DNA of 64,000 bases from positions 568-64,567 of the forward strand of contig CBFGJN010000001.1 in NCBI GenBank assembly GCA_965649115.1. Direction: 5' to 3'. Position 1 is the first letter of the stretch. Each line of letters begins with the position of its first letter. The notes below the pieces were generated by a model. That model worked only from the letters and a program-made list of their open reading frames with translations, did not search any database and was not told the origin of the DNA. This DNA is from a candidate division WOR-3 bacterium (lineage in GTDB: Bacteria > Hydrothermota > Hydrothermia > LBFQ01 > DSFT01). Of the stretch, positions 38,352 through 48,749 are shown piece after piece. Both the position numbers and the translations under genes were made by a program.

Positions 38352-38996
38352 CTATAAAAAATTATCTATGCTAACTTCAAAAACTTCTTTAAAAATTCTT
38401 TCATTAAGAAGTGTTGAATAAATTTTTCCATTTTTCATAATAATAAAATCTTTAAAATACTTAATTGCTAAATGAATATCGTGAATTGTTAAAATAACTG
38501 TCTTGTTAATTTGATTTAGGTAATTTAAGAGTTTTATTTGGAAGTAAGGATCCAAGTGAGATAATGGTTCGTCAAGTATTAAAATTTTTGAATCTGAATT
38601 AATAACTCTACTTAACCTAACTCTTTGAATTTCTCCACTTGAAAGTTCATCTAATTTTTTGTTTAATAGGTTTGATATTTCAAAAATATCATATTTTAGT
38701 TTTATATTTGCTAAATTTAAATATGTTTTAACTTTTATGCTTGGGCAATATTCAACTTGTAATAAAAAAGAACAAAGTCTTGTAAGTTCTTTTTGACTAA
38801 TTTCACTTAATTCTTTATTAAATAATTTTATAGAGCCTTCATAATTTAACATTTTTAGTAGGGTTTTTATAAGTGTGCTTTTACCACTTCCATTCGGACC
38901 TAAAATGGCAATTTTCTGTCCTTCGTAAATTTCTAAATTACCTATATGAATTTTAAAATTTTTATAACCTGAAATAACATTTTTTAATTTTAACAA
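38352..38996 (-). CDS. ABC transporter ATP-binding protein (short, single-domain)
   Basis: Walker A GPNGSGKST, signature LSSGE, Walker B ILILDEP. Confidence 0.8.
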   Translation of the reverse strand: MLKLKNVISGYKNFKIHIGNLEIYEGQKIAILGPNGSGKSTLIKTLLKMLNYEGSIKLFNKELSEISQKELTRLCSFLLQVEYCPSIKVKTYLNLANIKLKYDIFEISNLLNKKLDELSSGEIQRVRLSRVINSDSKILILDEPLSHLDPYFQIKLLNYLNQINKTVILTIHDIHLAIKYFKDFIIMKNGKIYSTLLNERIFKEVFEVSIDNFL

Positions 38997-38999
38997 TGC

Positions 39000-39620
39000 T
39001 TATATTTCTTTTCCGTGTTTAAAAATTTTACCTTCCATAAGAAAAATAACATCTTCACATATATTAGTACATAAATCTGCTATTCTTTCAAGATTTTGAA
39101 TAATGTTTATTGTCTTTATACCACTATCAACAAGATTTGAATTTTCCGTCATTAAACTGACAATTTTGTTAATCAGCTCATTTCTTAAATTATCAATTTC
39201 TTTGTCACCATTTAAAACTTCTCTTGCTATAACTAAATCATTATTCCTATATGAATTTATTGATTTTTGAAAGACATTGAAAACCTTTTCAAACAATTCA
39301 TCAATACTAATAATAACATTATCCTTTATTAGATAAAAGTCTCTTGCTATATTTTCAATATGGTCTGCTATTCTCTCTAAATCATTATTTACTTTAATAG
39401 CGGTTATGATTTTTCTTAAATCCATGGCTTCTGGTTGATACAATGCTAATATCCTTATTGCGAAAAATTCAATTTCAATTTCACTTTGATTAACACTATC
39501 TTCAAGTTTTAAAATTTCTTCATAATTATGACAATGTAAAAACATATTTTTTATAATATCTGACATCTGAAAAATTTTCTCTTCAAGTTCTTTCAATTCA
39601 TCAGAAAGGGGTTTTCTCAT
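39000..39620 (-). CDS. phoU: Phosphate transport system regulator PhoU
   Basis: Two PhoU repeats with a (D/E)LERIADH(I/A)ENIA block. Confidence 0.8.
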   Translation of the reverse strand: MRKPLSDELKELEEKIFQMSDIIKNMFLHCHNYEEILKLEDSVNQSEIEIEFFAIRILALYQPEAMDLRKIITAIKVNNDLERIADHIENIARDFYLIKDNVIISIDELFEKVFNVFQKSINSYRNNDLVIAREVLNGDKEIDNLRNELINKIVSLMTENSNLVDSGIKTINIIQNLERIADLCTNICEDVIFLMEGKIFKHGKEI

Positions 39621-40375
39621 CCAAACCTTCCTGTTATATAATCTTCTGTTAGCTTTTGTTTAGGTCTAGTAAATATATCATCGGTTTTTCCATATTCTAT
39701 AATTTCTCCAAGGTACATAAAAGCTGTCCAGTCAGATACCCTTGCTGCTTGTTGCATATTATGAGTTACAATAACGATTGTCATTTTTTTACCAAGTTCC
39801 CTTATAAGTTCTTCAATTTTGGCAGTAGATATTGGGTCAAGGGCACTTGTTGGCTCATCAAATAATAAGACTTCTGGTTCAACCGCAATAGCCCTTGCTA
39901 TACATAGTCTTTGTTGTTGTCCGCCTGATAATGATAAGGCATTTTTGTTTAATTTGTCTTTTACCTCATCAAATAAATATGCGTCTTTTAGTGCTTTTTC
40001 AACCCTATCTTTAATTTCAGTTTTATTTTTTATTCCTTTAAGTTTAAGACCAAATGCGACATTATCAAAAATTGACATATTAAAAGGGGTTGGTTTTTGA
40101 AAAACCATTCCTATTCTCATTCTTAAACTTATGACATTTATATTATTTTTTAAAATATTTTCATTATCAAAAATAATTTCACCTTCATATTTCGTATTTG
40201 GATATAAATCGTGTATCCTATTTAAACATCTTAAAAATGTAGTTTTACCACATCCTGATGGACCAATTAGAGCGGTTATTTTGTTCTCAAAAATTTTCAA
40301 ATTTATGTTTTTAAGAACTTTTAAATTACCATAATAAAAATTTAAATTTTTGACCTCTATTTTGATATTTTCCAT
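39617..40375 (-). CDS. pstB: Phosphate ABC transporter ATP-binding protein PstB-like
   Basis: Walker [10 protein letters not shown], an [14 protein letters not shown] signature, and characteristic PstB length and C-terminus. Confidence 0.85.
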   Translation of the reverse strand: MENIKIEVKNLNFYYGNLKVLKNINLKIFENKITALIGPSGCGKTTFLRCLNRIHDLYPNTKYEGEIIFDNENILKNNINVISLRMRIGMVFQKPTPFNMSIFDNVAFGLKLKGIKNKTEIKDRVEKALKDAYLFDEVKDKLNKNALSLSGGQQQRLCIARAIAVEPEVLLFDEPTSALDPISTAKIEELIRELGKKMTIVIVTHNMQQAARVSDWTAFMYLGEIIEYGKTDDIFTRPKQKLTEDYITGRFG

Positions 40376-40380
40376 AAAGC

Positions 40381-40469
40381 TGAAATTTTAAAGGACTTTC
40401 TAAAATATGTGTATAATAAATTTTGAAACTATTCAAGGCGTATTAAAATAGACTTTAAAATTTTCGTCT
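40381..40469. promoter_or_regulatory. Divergent promoter-like palindromes for pstB (minus strand) and coxB (plus strand)
   Basis: GTCCTTTAAAATTTCAG at 40381-40394 in minus orientation and GACTTTAAAATTTTCGTCT at 40451-40469 abutting the coxB ATG. Confidence 0.55.
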
Positions 40470-41423
40470 ATGCTTTGGATAACCAACCTTTTTCCAAAGA
40501 TAGGTTCATCTTATGGCAAAGAAGTAGATAATTTATTTTGGTTTATTTTTTGGATTTCACTATTTTTCTTTTTAATTGTTCAAATTGCTATGATTTACTT
40601 TGTAATTAAGTATAGAAATAAAAAGGAGGAGGAAGTTAGCACTGTTGAAGGAAACAATTTTCTTGAAATAACTTGGACAATTATTCCAACGATTATTCTT
40701 GTTATTATATTCTTTTATGGAGTTTATGTTTTTGATAACTTCCAAAGAAGACCTCCCGCTAATAGTATAGAGATAAAAGTTATTGGTCATCAGTGGTGGT
40801 GGGAATTTCAATATCCAAATGGTTATACTACAAGAGATACACTTATTGTTCCTACTAATAAACCAGTAAAACTCATTATGACATCAACTGATGTAATTCA
40901 TAGTTTTTATGTAAGAAGTTTTAGAATTAAAGAAGATGCTGTTCCTGGAAGATATACTTGGACTTGGTTTAAAGTAGTTGAACCTGGTGTTTATGATATT
41001 CAATGTGCGGAATATTGTGGTTCAAGACATTCAAAAATGATAGGATATATTAAGGCTGTAAATAGAAGTGATTTTGAAACGTGGCTGGCAAGTGTTTCCA
41101 AAGAAACTGATTTATCTTCATTATCTCCTGTTGAGAAAGGTAAGAAATTATCTCAAATTAAAGGTTGTACAAGTTGTCATTCAGTTGATGGTTCTCAACT
41201 TGTAGGACCAACTTGGAAAGGATTATATAACCATGAAGTAGTTGTTTTAGAGAATGGAAAAGAAAAGAAGATATTAGCAGATGAAAATTATTTGAGAGAA
41301 AGCATATTAAATCCAAATGCTAAAATTGTCAAAGGTTTTCAAAATATAATGCCTTCTTATCAGGGTCAATTAAGTGAAGATGAGATTTTAGCAATCATAG
41401 AATATATAAAAAGTTTGAAGTAA
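40470..41423 (+). CDS. coxB: Cytochrome c oxidase subunit II with fused C-terminal cytochrome c (caa3-type)
   Basis: CuA ligands H…CAEYCGSRHSKM and a heme-c CTSCH motif. Confidence 0.9.
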   Translation: MLWITNLFPKIGSSYGKEVDNLFWFIFWISLFFFLIVQIAMIYFVIKYRNKKEEEVSTVEGNNFLEITWTIIPTIILVIIFFYGVYVFDNFQRRPPANSIEIKVIGHQWWWEFQYPNGYTTRDTLIVPTNKPVKLIMTSTDVIHSFYVRSFRIKEDAVPGRYTWTWFKVVEPGVYDIQCAEYCGSRHSKMIGYIKAVNRSDFETWLASVSKETDLSSLSPVEKGKKLSQIKGCTSCHSVDGSQLVGPTWKGLYNHEVVVLENGKEKKILADENYLRESILNPNAKIVKGFQNIMPSYQGQLSEDEILAIIEYIKSLK

Positions 41424-41439
41424 AAGGAGGGATTTAGAT

Positions 41440-43047
41440 ATGCTAAATAAACTTTTAAGCCATGAACCAAGACCTGGGATATTAGGTTGGTTGTTTTCAA
41501 CAGATCATAAGAGAATTGCCCTTCTTTATTTTTGGACAATAATTTTCATTTTCTTAATAGCGGGTATTTTCGCACTCTTAATAAGAACTGAACTTTTCTT
41601 ACCTGGAAAGCAAATTGTTGATTCTGATACTTATAATAGATTATTCACACTACATGGTGTAATGATGGTTTTCTTAGTTATTGTTCCTTTAATACCTGCG
41701 GTCATGGGCAATTATTTAATTCCGCTTATGATAGGAGCAAGAGATGTTGCATTTCCAAAATTAAATCTTTTGAGTTATTGGATATTTTTAACAGGTGTTA
41801 TTATTATCCTATCTTCACTTATATTTGGTGCTATTGATACAGGTTGGACATTTTATACACCATATAGTCTTAAGACAGGCGGTGGTGTTTTATTGGCGCT
41901 ATTTGGTGTTTTTGTTGTTGGTTTTTCATCTATTTTAACAGGTCTGAATTTTGTCGTTACAATTCATAGGTTAAGAGCACCTGGAATGACATGGAGCAAA
42001 TTACCCCTTTTCGTTTGGGCTTTATATGCTACTTCACTAATGAATGTTATTTCAACACCTGTTATTGGTATAACATTATTACTATTAATTTTGGAAAGGG
42101 TTTTTGGTGTTGGCTTCTTTGATCCTACAAAAGGTGGAGATCCTTTAATGTTTCAACATTTCTTTTGGTTTTATTCTCATCCCGTTGTTTATATAATGAT
42201 ACTTCCAGGAATGGGTATAATTTCTGAATTAATTGCAGTTCATTCAAGAAAAAGGATATTTGGTTATTGGGCAATGGCTGCTGCCATTTTTGGAATTGCT
42301 TTTATTGGTTTTATTGTTTGGGCTCATCATATGTTCGTTAGTGGTATGTCTGATGTTGCAAGGTGGGTATTTTCATTCTTAACATTTTTTGTTGCTGTTC
42401 CAACAGGTGTTAAAATTTTTAATTGGGTAGCTACACTTTATAAAGGTTCAATTAGATTAACAACACCTATGTTATTTGCTTTGTCATTCTTATTCCTTTT
42501 TACAATTGGTGGATTAACGGGATTATGGCTTGCTACTATTGCTACTGATGTTTATTTACATGACACATATTTTGTAGTAGCACACTTTCATTATGTAATG
42601 GTTGGAGGTGCTATAACTGCATTCTTTGGTGGATTGTTCCATTGGTTTCCTAAAATTACAGGTAGAATGTACAACGAAAATTGGGGTAGGTTAGGAGCGA
42701 TTCTTATATTTATAGGTTTTAATCTAACATTCTTCCCACAATTTCTCTTGGGTATGCAAGGTATGCCAAGAAGATATTGGGATTATTTACCTGAATTTAC
42801 ATTATTAAATCAAATATCTACAATTGGTGCATATACAATAGCTCTTGGTGTTTTCATTTCACTAATAACATTACTTATAGCTTGGAGAAGAGGACAAAAA
42901 GCTTCTGAAAATCCTTGGGGTGGTGCAACACTTGAATGGAAGACTTCATCTCCACCACCATATTATAATTTTGAAGAAATACCACATGTAGAACACGGAC
43001 CTTATGATTTTGAACATTTATTAAAGAAAGAAAAAGTTTCTCAATAA
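41440..43047 (+). CDS. coxA: Cytochrome c oxidase subunit I
   Basis: 12-TM heme-copper oxidase with WAHHMF and HFHYV blocks. AAGGAGGG RBS. Confidence 0.95.
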   Translation: MLNKLLSHEPRPGILGWLFSTDHKRIALLYFWTIIFIFLIAGIFALLIRTELFLPGKQIVDSDTYNRLFTLHGVMMVFLVIVPLIPAVMGNYLIPLMIGARDVAFPKLNLLSYWIFLTGVIIILSSLIFGAIDTGWTFYTPYSLKTGGGVLLALFGVFVVGFSSILTGLNFVVTIHRLRAPGMTWSKLPLFVWALYATSLMNVISTPVIGITLLLLILERVFGVGFFDPTKGGDPLMFQHFFWFYSHPVVYIMILPGMGIISELIAVHSRKRIFGYWAMAAAIFGIAFIGFIVWAHHMFVSGMSDVARWVFSFLTFFVAVPTGVKIFNWVATLYKGSIRLTTPMLFALSFLFLFTIGGLTGLWLATIATDVYLHDTYFVVAHFHYVMVGGAITAFFGGLFHWFPKITGRMYNENWGRLGAILIFIGFNLTFFPQFLLGMQGMPRRYWDYLPEFTLLNQISTIGAYTIALGVFISLITLLIAWRRGQKASENPWGGATLEWKTSSPPPYYNFEEIPHVEHGPYDFEHLLKKEKVSQ

Positions 43048-43059
43048 GGAGGCTTAGAA

Positions 43060-43686
43060 ATGGAGCATATTTTAGAACATAAACATATTGAAACTACTCA
43101 TAGAGATGATTTTTCTGCTAAACTTGGAATGTGGCTATTCCTTGCAACTGAATTACTTCTTTTTGCAGGTCTATTCACACTTTATTTTTTATTTAGAGGA
43201 ATATACTTACCATTTTTTCATGAAGGTCAAAAGGAACTTCAACCAATTATAGGACTTATAAATAGTATTGTTTTATTTATTGGAGGATTAACAGCAGTTT
43301 TATCTATATCAGCAGCAAGAAAAGATAATAAAAACCACTTAATTCTATTTCTTTTTATTACAATTCTAACGGGATTAACATTTCTTGGAATAAAAGCTTA
43401 TGAATATGGTTTGAAGTTTGAGCATGGTTTATTCTTTAATATGGAACACTTTAAAAGTTTGCCAAATGGTGAAAAAATTTTCTTTTCTTTATATTTTGTA
43501 ATGACTGGTATTCATGCTTTACACGTTTTAATAGGTGTTATATTATTTTCATTTTTGTTATTTTTTGCCATTAGAGGAGATTATAATTCAAAAAACTACA
43601 TTCAAGTAGAAATAGGGGGATTATATTGGTGTCTTGTTGATTTAATATGGATGTATCTTTTTCCTCTTTTATATTTAATTAAGTAA
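43060..43686 (+). CDS. coxC: Cytochrome c oxidase subunit III
   Basis: Five to seven TM helices. The MWLFLATE and GIHALHVLIG blocks are typical of subunit III. Confidence 0.8.
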   Translation: MEHILEHKHIETTHRDDFSAKLGMWLFLATELLLFAGLFTLYFLFRGIYLPFFHEGQKELQPIIGLINSIVLFIGGLTAVLSISAARKDNKNHLILFLFITILTGLTFLGIKAYEYGLKFEHGLFFNMEHFKSLPNGEKIFFSLYFVMTGIHALHVLIGVILFSFLLFFAIRGDYNSKNYIQVEIGGLYWCLVDLIWMYLFPLLYLIK

Positions 43687-44444
43687 TGGATTTTTTAAAA
43701 AAATTTTTTGAAGTTTTATATAATTTTAATGCTTTTAAGGAAATTTCAAGTAAGAACTACATTTTGCCATCTATATTATTTTTTATAATTTCCACGATAA
43801 CATTCAATAGCTTGAAAATTTCACTAAATTACGATAAATATAGAGAACTTATGTTAAATCAAATGGATACTAATCTTAATGAAATAAAGAAAAATTTGAA
43901 AAAGCAGGATTTAACTACACAAGAGATTGAAAAACGCCTTGAAAATTATAAAAATGTTTATTTGGCTTCAATATCACTTGAAATTATTATTCTTTCTGAA
44001 ATAGCAAAGGGAATTTTTATCCAACCTATTATTCTTTTAATTCAGTCTCTTGCTTTCAGTTTGATATTTTTAATTTTTTCAAAAGTTCAAATAAAATTAG
44101 AATTTAAGAAATTATTTTCAATTTTAATTTATTCAAAATCTCCAATTATTATAGGCTCATTTATTGTTTTTATTTTATCAGTTATTCTACAAAATCCATT
44201 CTTTTCTTTAAATTTTTCAAATTTTATTCCTTATGAGATTGTTTCAAATAATGATTATTTAAAGGCTTTAAGAAATACACTTTATCATGTTGAACCATTT
44301 TCAATTTTAAGTTTAATTTTGCTTTCTTTTGGAATAAATAAAGCTTTTGAATTTCCACTAAAAAGTGTTATTTATGGTGTTTTTGTTATATATTTTTCAT
44401 TTTTGATTTTAAATGCTTTGTTCTATCTAATTTTTTTTAAATGA
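43686..44444 (+). CDS. Hypothetical membrane protein co-transcribed with the cox operon
   Basis: Overlapping start/stop with coxC. Multi-TM. Confidence 0.4.
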   Translation: MDFLKKFFEVLYNFNAFKEISSKNYILPSILFFIISTITFNSLKISLNYDKYRELMLNQMDTNLNEIKKNLKKQDLTTQEIEKRLENYKNVYLASISLEIIILSEIAKGIFIQPIILLIQSLAFSLIFLIFSKVQIKLEFKKLFSILIYSKSPIIIGSFIVFILSVILQNPFFSLNFSNFIPYEIVSNNDYLKALRNTLYHVEPFSILSLILLSFGINKAFEFPLKSVIYGVFVIYFSFLILNALFYLIFFK

Positions 44445-45424
44445 AACGGATAATTTTTTTATTTTTGTTATCTTGTTCAAAAGTTGATATTATTCCAAAA
44501 ATTTCAATTAGTCCAAATCCTTCCCAATCAAATAGTTATGTAAATATATTACTTGACATTCCTGATACTTTAAAAAAATTTGATAAGTACTTGGTTGTCC
44601 ATTTCATTTATAAAAATAGTAAGGAAAGGAAAGTTATTAAATTAAATGATGAAAAAATTTATCAGATTTATCTTCCTGAAAGTTTGATTAATTATTCAGT
44701 TTATTTAATTGTTGATACATTTAATGCAAAAGTTGAAGGTATTAGGGTTTATGATGGTTCAAAACCGAAAGAAGGAACATTTTTTATTTCTTCAAGTTAT
44801 ACAAAAAATGATAGTGAAAAATTAGCTCTTATTGAAAAAGAATTAACATTTTATCCTAATAACATTAAAGCAAGAGCATATTATGATTGTTTGAAAGGAA
44901 TTAAAAATAATGTTAGTGAAATTTATGAAATTTATTATAATATATGTAAAAATGAAAATGATTATCAAAGCATTTATAAAGCGCTATATTATGGTGATAG
45001 TTCTTATGAATTTTTATTGAAATTGGCAAGTGTTTCAGATACTATTCTTGAAATTGCATCAAAAAAATTTCCTGATGATATTCAAATTCAAATGATGAAA
45101 TTAAAAAAGTTAAATGAAAAAAATAGATTTAACGAAGCTATTATTTATTCCGACTTTATATTACAGAACTTAAATATTGAGTGGTTATATAAATTTTTTC
45201 CAAATTTAAATTATATTGAGAGAAACAGAAAGTTTTTTGAAAATTTTTCAAATGTTTATAAATTAAGAGCAATGGCATATTTGAAATTGAACGATAGTTT
45301 AAAATATAAAGAAAATTTTTTACTTTATTGCCTAAATTATCCTAATGAAAGTGAAGTTTACGAAGAGTGTAAAAGTTTTGATAGATTTTTAAATAAAATA
45401 AAGAAAAAGGAGAAGAAAAAATGA
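44441..45424 (+). CDS. Hypothetical lipoprotein (TPR-like)
   Basis: Lipobox FLLSCSK. Confidence 0.4.
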   Translation: MKRIIFLFLLSCSKVDIIPKISISPNPSQSNSYVNILLDIPDTLKKFDKYLVVHFIYKNSKERKVIKLNDEKIYQIYLPESLINYSVYLIVDTFNAKVEGIRVYDGSKPKEGTFFISSSYTKNDSEKLALIEKELTFYPNNIKARAYYDCLKGIKNNVSEIYEIYYNICKNENDYQSIYKALYYGDSSYEFLLKLASVSDTILEIASKKFPDDIQIQMMKLKKLNEKNRFNEAIIYSDFILQNLNIEWLYKFFPNLNYIERNRKFFENFSNVYKLRAMAYLKLNDSLKYKENFLLYCLNYPNESEVYEECKSFDRFLNKIKKKEKKK

Positions 45425-45972
45425 ATAGAGAGTGGGCTATAAATTTAGTTAAACAACATATAAAGAAACCTAATCTTATAAAGCATGTTATAGCGGTTGG
45501 AGGGTGTATGAGGAGACTTGCTAATTATTTTAATGAAAATGAAGAAAGATGGGAAATAGCAGGAATTTTACATGACTTGGATTATGAATATACAAATGAA
45601 GATCCTCAAAATCATCCTGAAATGGGTGTTAATATATTAAGGGCGTTAGGTTTTAATGATGAAGAAATTTTACATGCTATTTTAGCCCATAATAATAAAG
45701 TTCCTCTTGAAACACTAATGGACAAGGCACTTTATTTATCTGACCCAACAAGTGGATTTATTGTTGCTTGTGCTTTAATTTTACCTCAAAAAAATTTAGA
45801 TTATGTTGATGTTGATTTTATGTTAAGAAGGTTTAAAGAAAAGTCATTTGCAAAAGGAGCTAATAGAGAACAGATATTAAGGTGTAAAGAACTTTTAAAT
45901 TTGGAATTAAGTGAATTTCTTAATTTATGTCTTGAAGGTTTGAAACTTGTTAGAAGTGAGCTTGAATTATGA
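45421..45972 (+). CDS. HD-domain phosphohydrolase
   Basis: Metal-ligand motifs KH…ILHDLDY…AILAHN. Confidence 0.7.
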   Translation: MNREWAINLVKQHIKKPNLIKHVIAVGGCMRRLANYFNENEERWEIAGILHDLDYEYTNEDPQNHPEMGVNILRALGFNDEEILHAILAHNNKVPLETLMDKALYLSDPTSGFIVACALILPQKNLDYVDVDFMLRRFKEKSFAKGANREQILRCKELLNLELSEFLNLCLEGLKLVRSELEL

Positions 45973-46934
45973 TTGTTGATACAATTGTTTTTTCATTTGT
46001 AGGCGATATAATGATTACGAATAACTATCCATTTTCTGAAAAATTGCCATCTTACGAAGTTTTTAAAAATTCGGATATTGCTTTTGGAAATCTTGAAGGT
46101 CCAATAATTGAAAATGGTAAATCTACAAAATGTTCAGAAGAAAGTATAAAATTAAAAAAATGTTTTGCATTTAAGATGCCAAAAATTTCTGCAATTTATT
46201 TAAAAGAAATGGGTTTTAATGTTTTAGCATTAGCTAATAATCATATTTTAGATTATGGAATTGAAGGCATAGAATCAACAAAGAAAATGCTTGATAGTGT
46301 TAAAATTAACTATTGTGGAACTAATAAAGAAGATAATGCTTATGTAATTTTGAAAGTTAGGAACACGAAAATTGGTATTATTTGTTTTGACCATAATCCT
46401 ATTTCTCCCAGTGTAAATGATATTGAATATTCAAAAAAAATTGTTAGAGATTTAAGAAAAAATGTAGATATTTTGATTGTTTCATTTCATGGAGGAGCAG
46501 AAGGTTCAAATGCTCAAAGGGTTAAGGATGGAAATGAGTACTTTTATGGTGAAAATAGAGGAAATTTAAAATTGTTTTCAAGAATTGTAATTGATGAAGG
46601 TGCTGATTTAGTAATAGGTCATGGACCTCATGTTTTAAGAGGTATGGAAGTTTATAAAAATAAATTAATAGCTTATTCACTTGGTAATTTCTTGACTTAT
46701 GAACATTTTAATCTTTCGGGTAATCAATCAATTACTTGTGTTTTACAAGTTAAACTAACTTCAAAGGGTGAATTTGTTGAAGGCAAAATTTATCCTTTTA
46801 AACTTTTTGGCATTGGTTTATTAAGAGAAGATAATGATAAAAATGCAATAAAAATTATTAAGAAACTATCAGAATTGGATTTTCCAGAAACTAAACCTAT
46901 TATTCTTGATGATGGAACAATAAAATTAAAATAA
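45969..46934 (+). CDS. CapA/PgsA-family metallophosphatase (capsule biosynthesis protein-like)
   Basis: FGNLEGP, ALANNHILDYG and GHGPHVLRG blocks. Confidence 0.75.
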   Translation: MIVDTIVFSFVGDIMITNNYPFSEKLPSYEVFKNSDIAFGNLEGPIIENGKSTKCSEESIKLKKCFAFKMPKISAIYLKEMGFNVLALANNHILDYGIEGIESTKKMLDSVKINYCGTNKEDNAYVILKVRNTKIGIICFDHNPISPSVNDIEYSKKIVRDLRKNVDILIVSFHGGAEGSNAQRVKDGNEYFYGENRGNLKLFSRIVIDEGADLVIGHGPHVLRGMEVYKNKLIAYSLGNFLTYEHFNLSGNQSITCVLQVKLTSKGEFVEGKIYPFKLFGIGLLREDNDKNAIKIIKKLSELDFPETKPIILDDGTIKLK

Positions 46935-46937
46935 ATA

Positions 46938-47960
46938 ATGAAGTTAATTTTTCTTATTATCTTTTCTTTCCATTTATTTTCCTTAATCATTGCCATTTAT
47001 AAATTCTTCTCAATTAAAAAATTAAAAAGAAACTATCAAAATAACTTTAATAGAATCTCTATTTTAATTCCTGCGAGAAATGAAGAAAGAAACATAGAAA
47101 GAATTTTAAATTCTATTAAAAATTTAGATTATGAAAATTACGAAGTTTTAATTTATGATGATTTATCAGAAGATAGGACTTATGAAATTGCTAAAGGTTT
47201 TGAAAGTGAAAAAATAAGAGTTATAAAGGGATTTGATAAGCCAAAAGAATGGGTTGGTAAAAATTTTGCTCTTTATAATCTTGTAAAATTTTCAAGTGGA
47301 GAAATTTTATTATTTTTAGATGCAGATATTGAAATCAAAGATAAGGAGATTTTAAAAAAAATTTCAGAAAATATAAATGATGATGTTATTACAGGTTTTG
47401 GAAAATTTGAAGGATATGGAAAATTTATATTATCTATTGTTCCTTATTTATTTTCAATAATCCCAATAAATTTGGGTTTAAATGGTCAATTTTGGGCAAT
47501 TAAAAAAAACATTTATTTAAAATACAATCCTCATCTTTTATTTAAAAACGAAATTCTTGAAGATGTTAAAATTGGAAATTATCTAAAAATGAAGGGAATT
47601 AAGGTTAAGTTTTATGATTTGAAAGATGTGTTTGAAGTCAGAATGTACAATAATTTTAATGAATTACTTGAAGGTCTTACAAAAAATTCTTATAGAATGT
47701 TTGGAAAATTTTTAACACCAATTGCACTCATTTTTTATATTTTATTTTTCATATTACCATTTTTAAAATTTTGGAAAATTGGATTTATAGTTATCTTTGT
47801 AAAATTTATTTCGGATTTTAAGTTTGGCTTTTCAATTAAAGAAACAATTTTATCACCAATTGGTTTTATGATATTTGGAATAATTATTTTAAGGTCTTGG
47901 ATTTTTTCTATTTTAAATAGAATTTATTGGAAAGGTAGAAAATTGGAAACTAAATTGTGA
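46938..47960 (+). CDS. Glycosyltransferase family 2 (membrane-anchored)
   Basis: ISILIPARNEE, YDDLSEDRT and LDAD (DxD) motifs. C-terminal TM helices. Confidence 0.8.
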   Translation: MKLIFLIIFSFHLFSLIIAIYKFFSIKKLKRNYQNNFNRISILIPARNEERNIERILNSIKNLDYENYEVLIYDDLSEDRTYEIAKGFESEKIRVIKGFDKPKEWVGKNFALYNLVKFSSGEILLFLDADIEIKDKEILKKISENINDDVITGFGKFEGYGKFILSIVPYLFSIIPINLGLNGQFWAIKKNIYLKYNPHLLFKNEILEDVKIGNYLKMKGIKVKFYDLKDVFEVRMYNNFNELLEGLTKNSYRMFGKFLTPIALIFYILFFILPFLKFWKIGFIVIFVKFISDFKFGFSIKETILSPIGFMIFGIIILRSWIFSILNRIYWKGRKLETKL

Positions 47961-47984
47961 GTTAATGTTAAGTTTTTCATTATA

Positions 47985-48527
47985 AATAAGTTATTTTCGA
48001 GTGGGTGGGGAAAATAAAGTTGCTTTGTTCAATAAAAATTTTAAGAAAACTATTGATTTTAGCGGGTTTTTAAGGGGGGCAAAGCCCCCCATAACCGAAA
48101 TAGACACAGCAAATATATTTTGCTTTGTCCAGTAATTATTGTCAATCACTTGATAATCAATAACTTATAAAATTTTTAGGGAAATTATAGATTTCATTAG
48201 GGGGATTTTAGGGGGGCGAAGTCCCCCACAGCCTAAAAATGGGCATTTTAAAGCCGAAAGCTTTTATTTAGGGTGAGCGAGGAAAAATAGTAAAATAAAT
48301 AATTTTAGAATTATTAGACACAGCAAATATATTTAACTTTGTCTAGTAATTGGTGTTAAGTTATTGATAATCAATAATTTGTGAAAACTTAATAAAATTA
48401 TTGTCTTTATGGGGGTTTTAAGGGGGGCGAAGCCCCCCATAGCCGAAATATGGGTATTTTAAAGCCGAAGGCTTAATTTTAGGGTGGGTGGGAAAAATAA
48501 ATGGTTTTAGAATTACTAGACACAGCA
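47985..48527 (-). repeat. Array of three reverse-orientation repeat units plus a leading fragment, separated by a constant AATATATTT(T/A) spacer
   Basis: Units approximately 48011-48111, 48122-48325 and 48336-48527. Each starts (T)GCTTTGTYYARTAA and ends AGACACAGCA. The GGGGGGC(A/G)AAG(C/T)CCCCC hairpin is present in all. Confidence 0.8.
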
Positions 48528-48561
48528 AATATATTTATCAATTCTACTTTAAAATTTCATT

Positions 48562-48747
48562 ATGAAAAAAATTTTAATAATTATAATTTTTTTACTTTCT
48601 TGTGAGAAAGAAGCTGATATTATAATAGAAAAAAATGGCTCTGTAATTATAAAAAGTAAAAGAATTAAATGCGAAAAAGAAAAATTCCTTTTTTGGGAAA
48701 CAGGTAGATTGAAATGTTATATTGTAGAGGAAAAAGGGAGAAAATAA
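48562..48747 (+). CDS. Small hypothetical lipoprotein
   Basis: Lipobox FLLSCEK. The promoter palindrome CTTTAAAATTTCATT abuts the ATG. Confidence 0.4.
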   Translation: MKKILIIIIFLLSCEKEADIIIEKNGSVIIKSKRIKCEKEKFLFWETGRLKCYIVEEKGRK

Positions 48748-48749
48748 AA

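Noticed and set aside
47985-48527. CRISPR array interpretation of the tandem repeat arrays
   Set aside because: Units are approximately 200 bp with internal structure. They are separated by a constant 9-10 bp sequence rather than unique spacers, and occur dispersed in both orientations. There are no cas genes.
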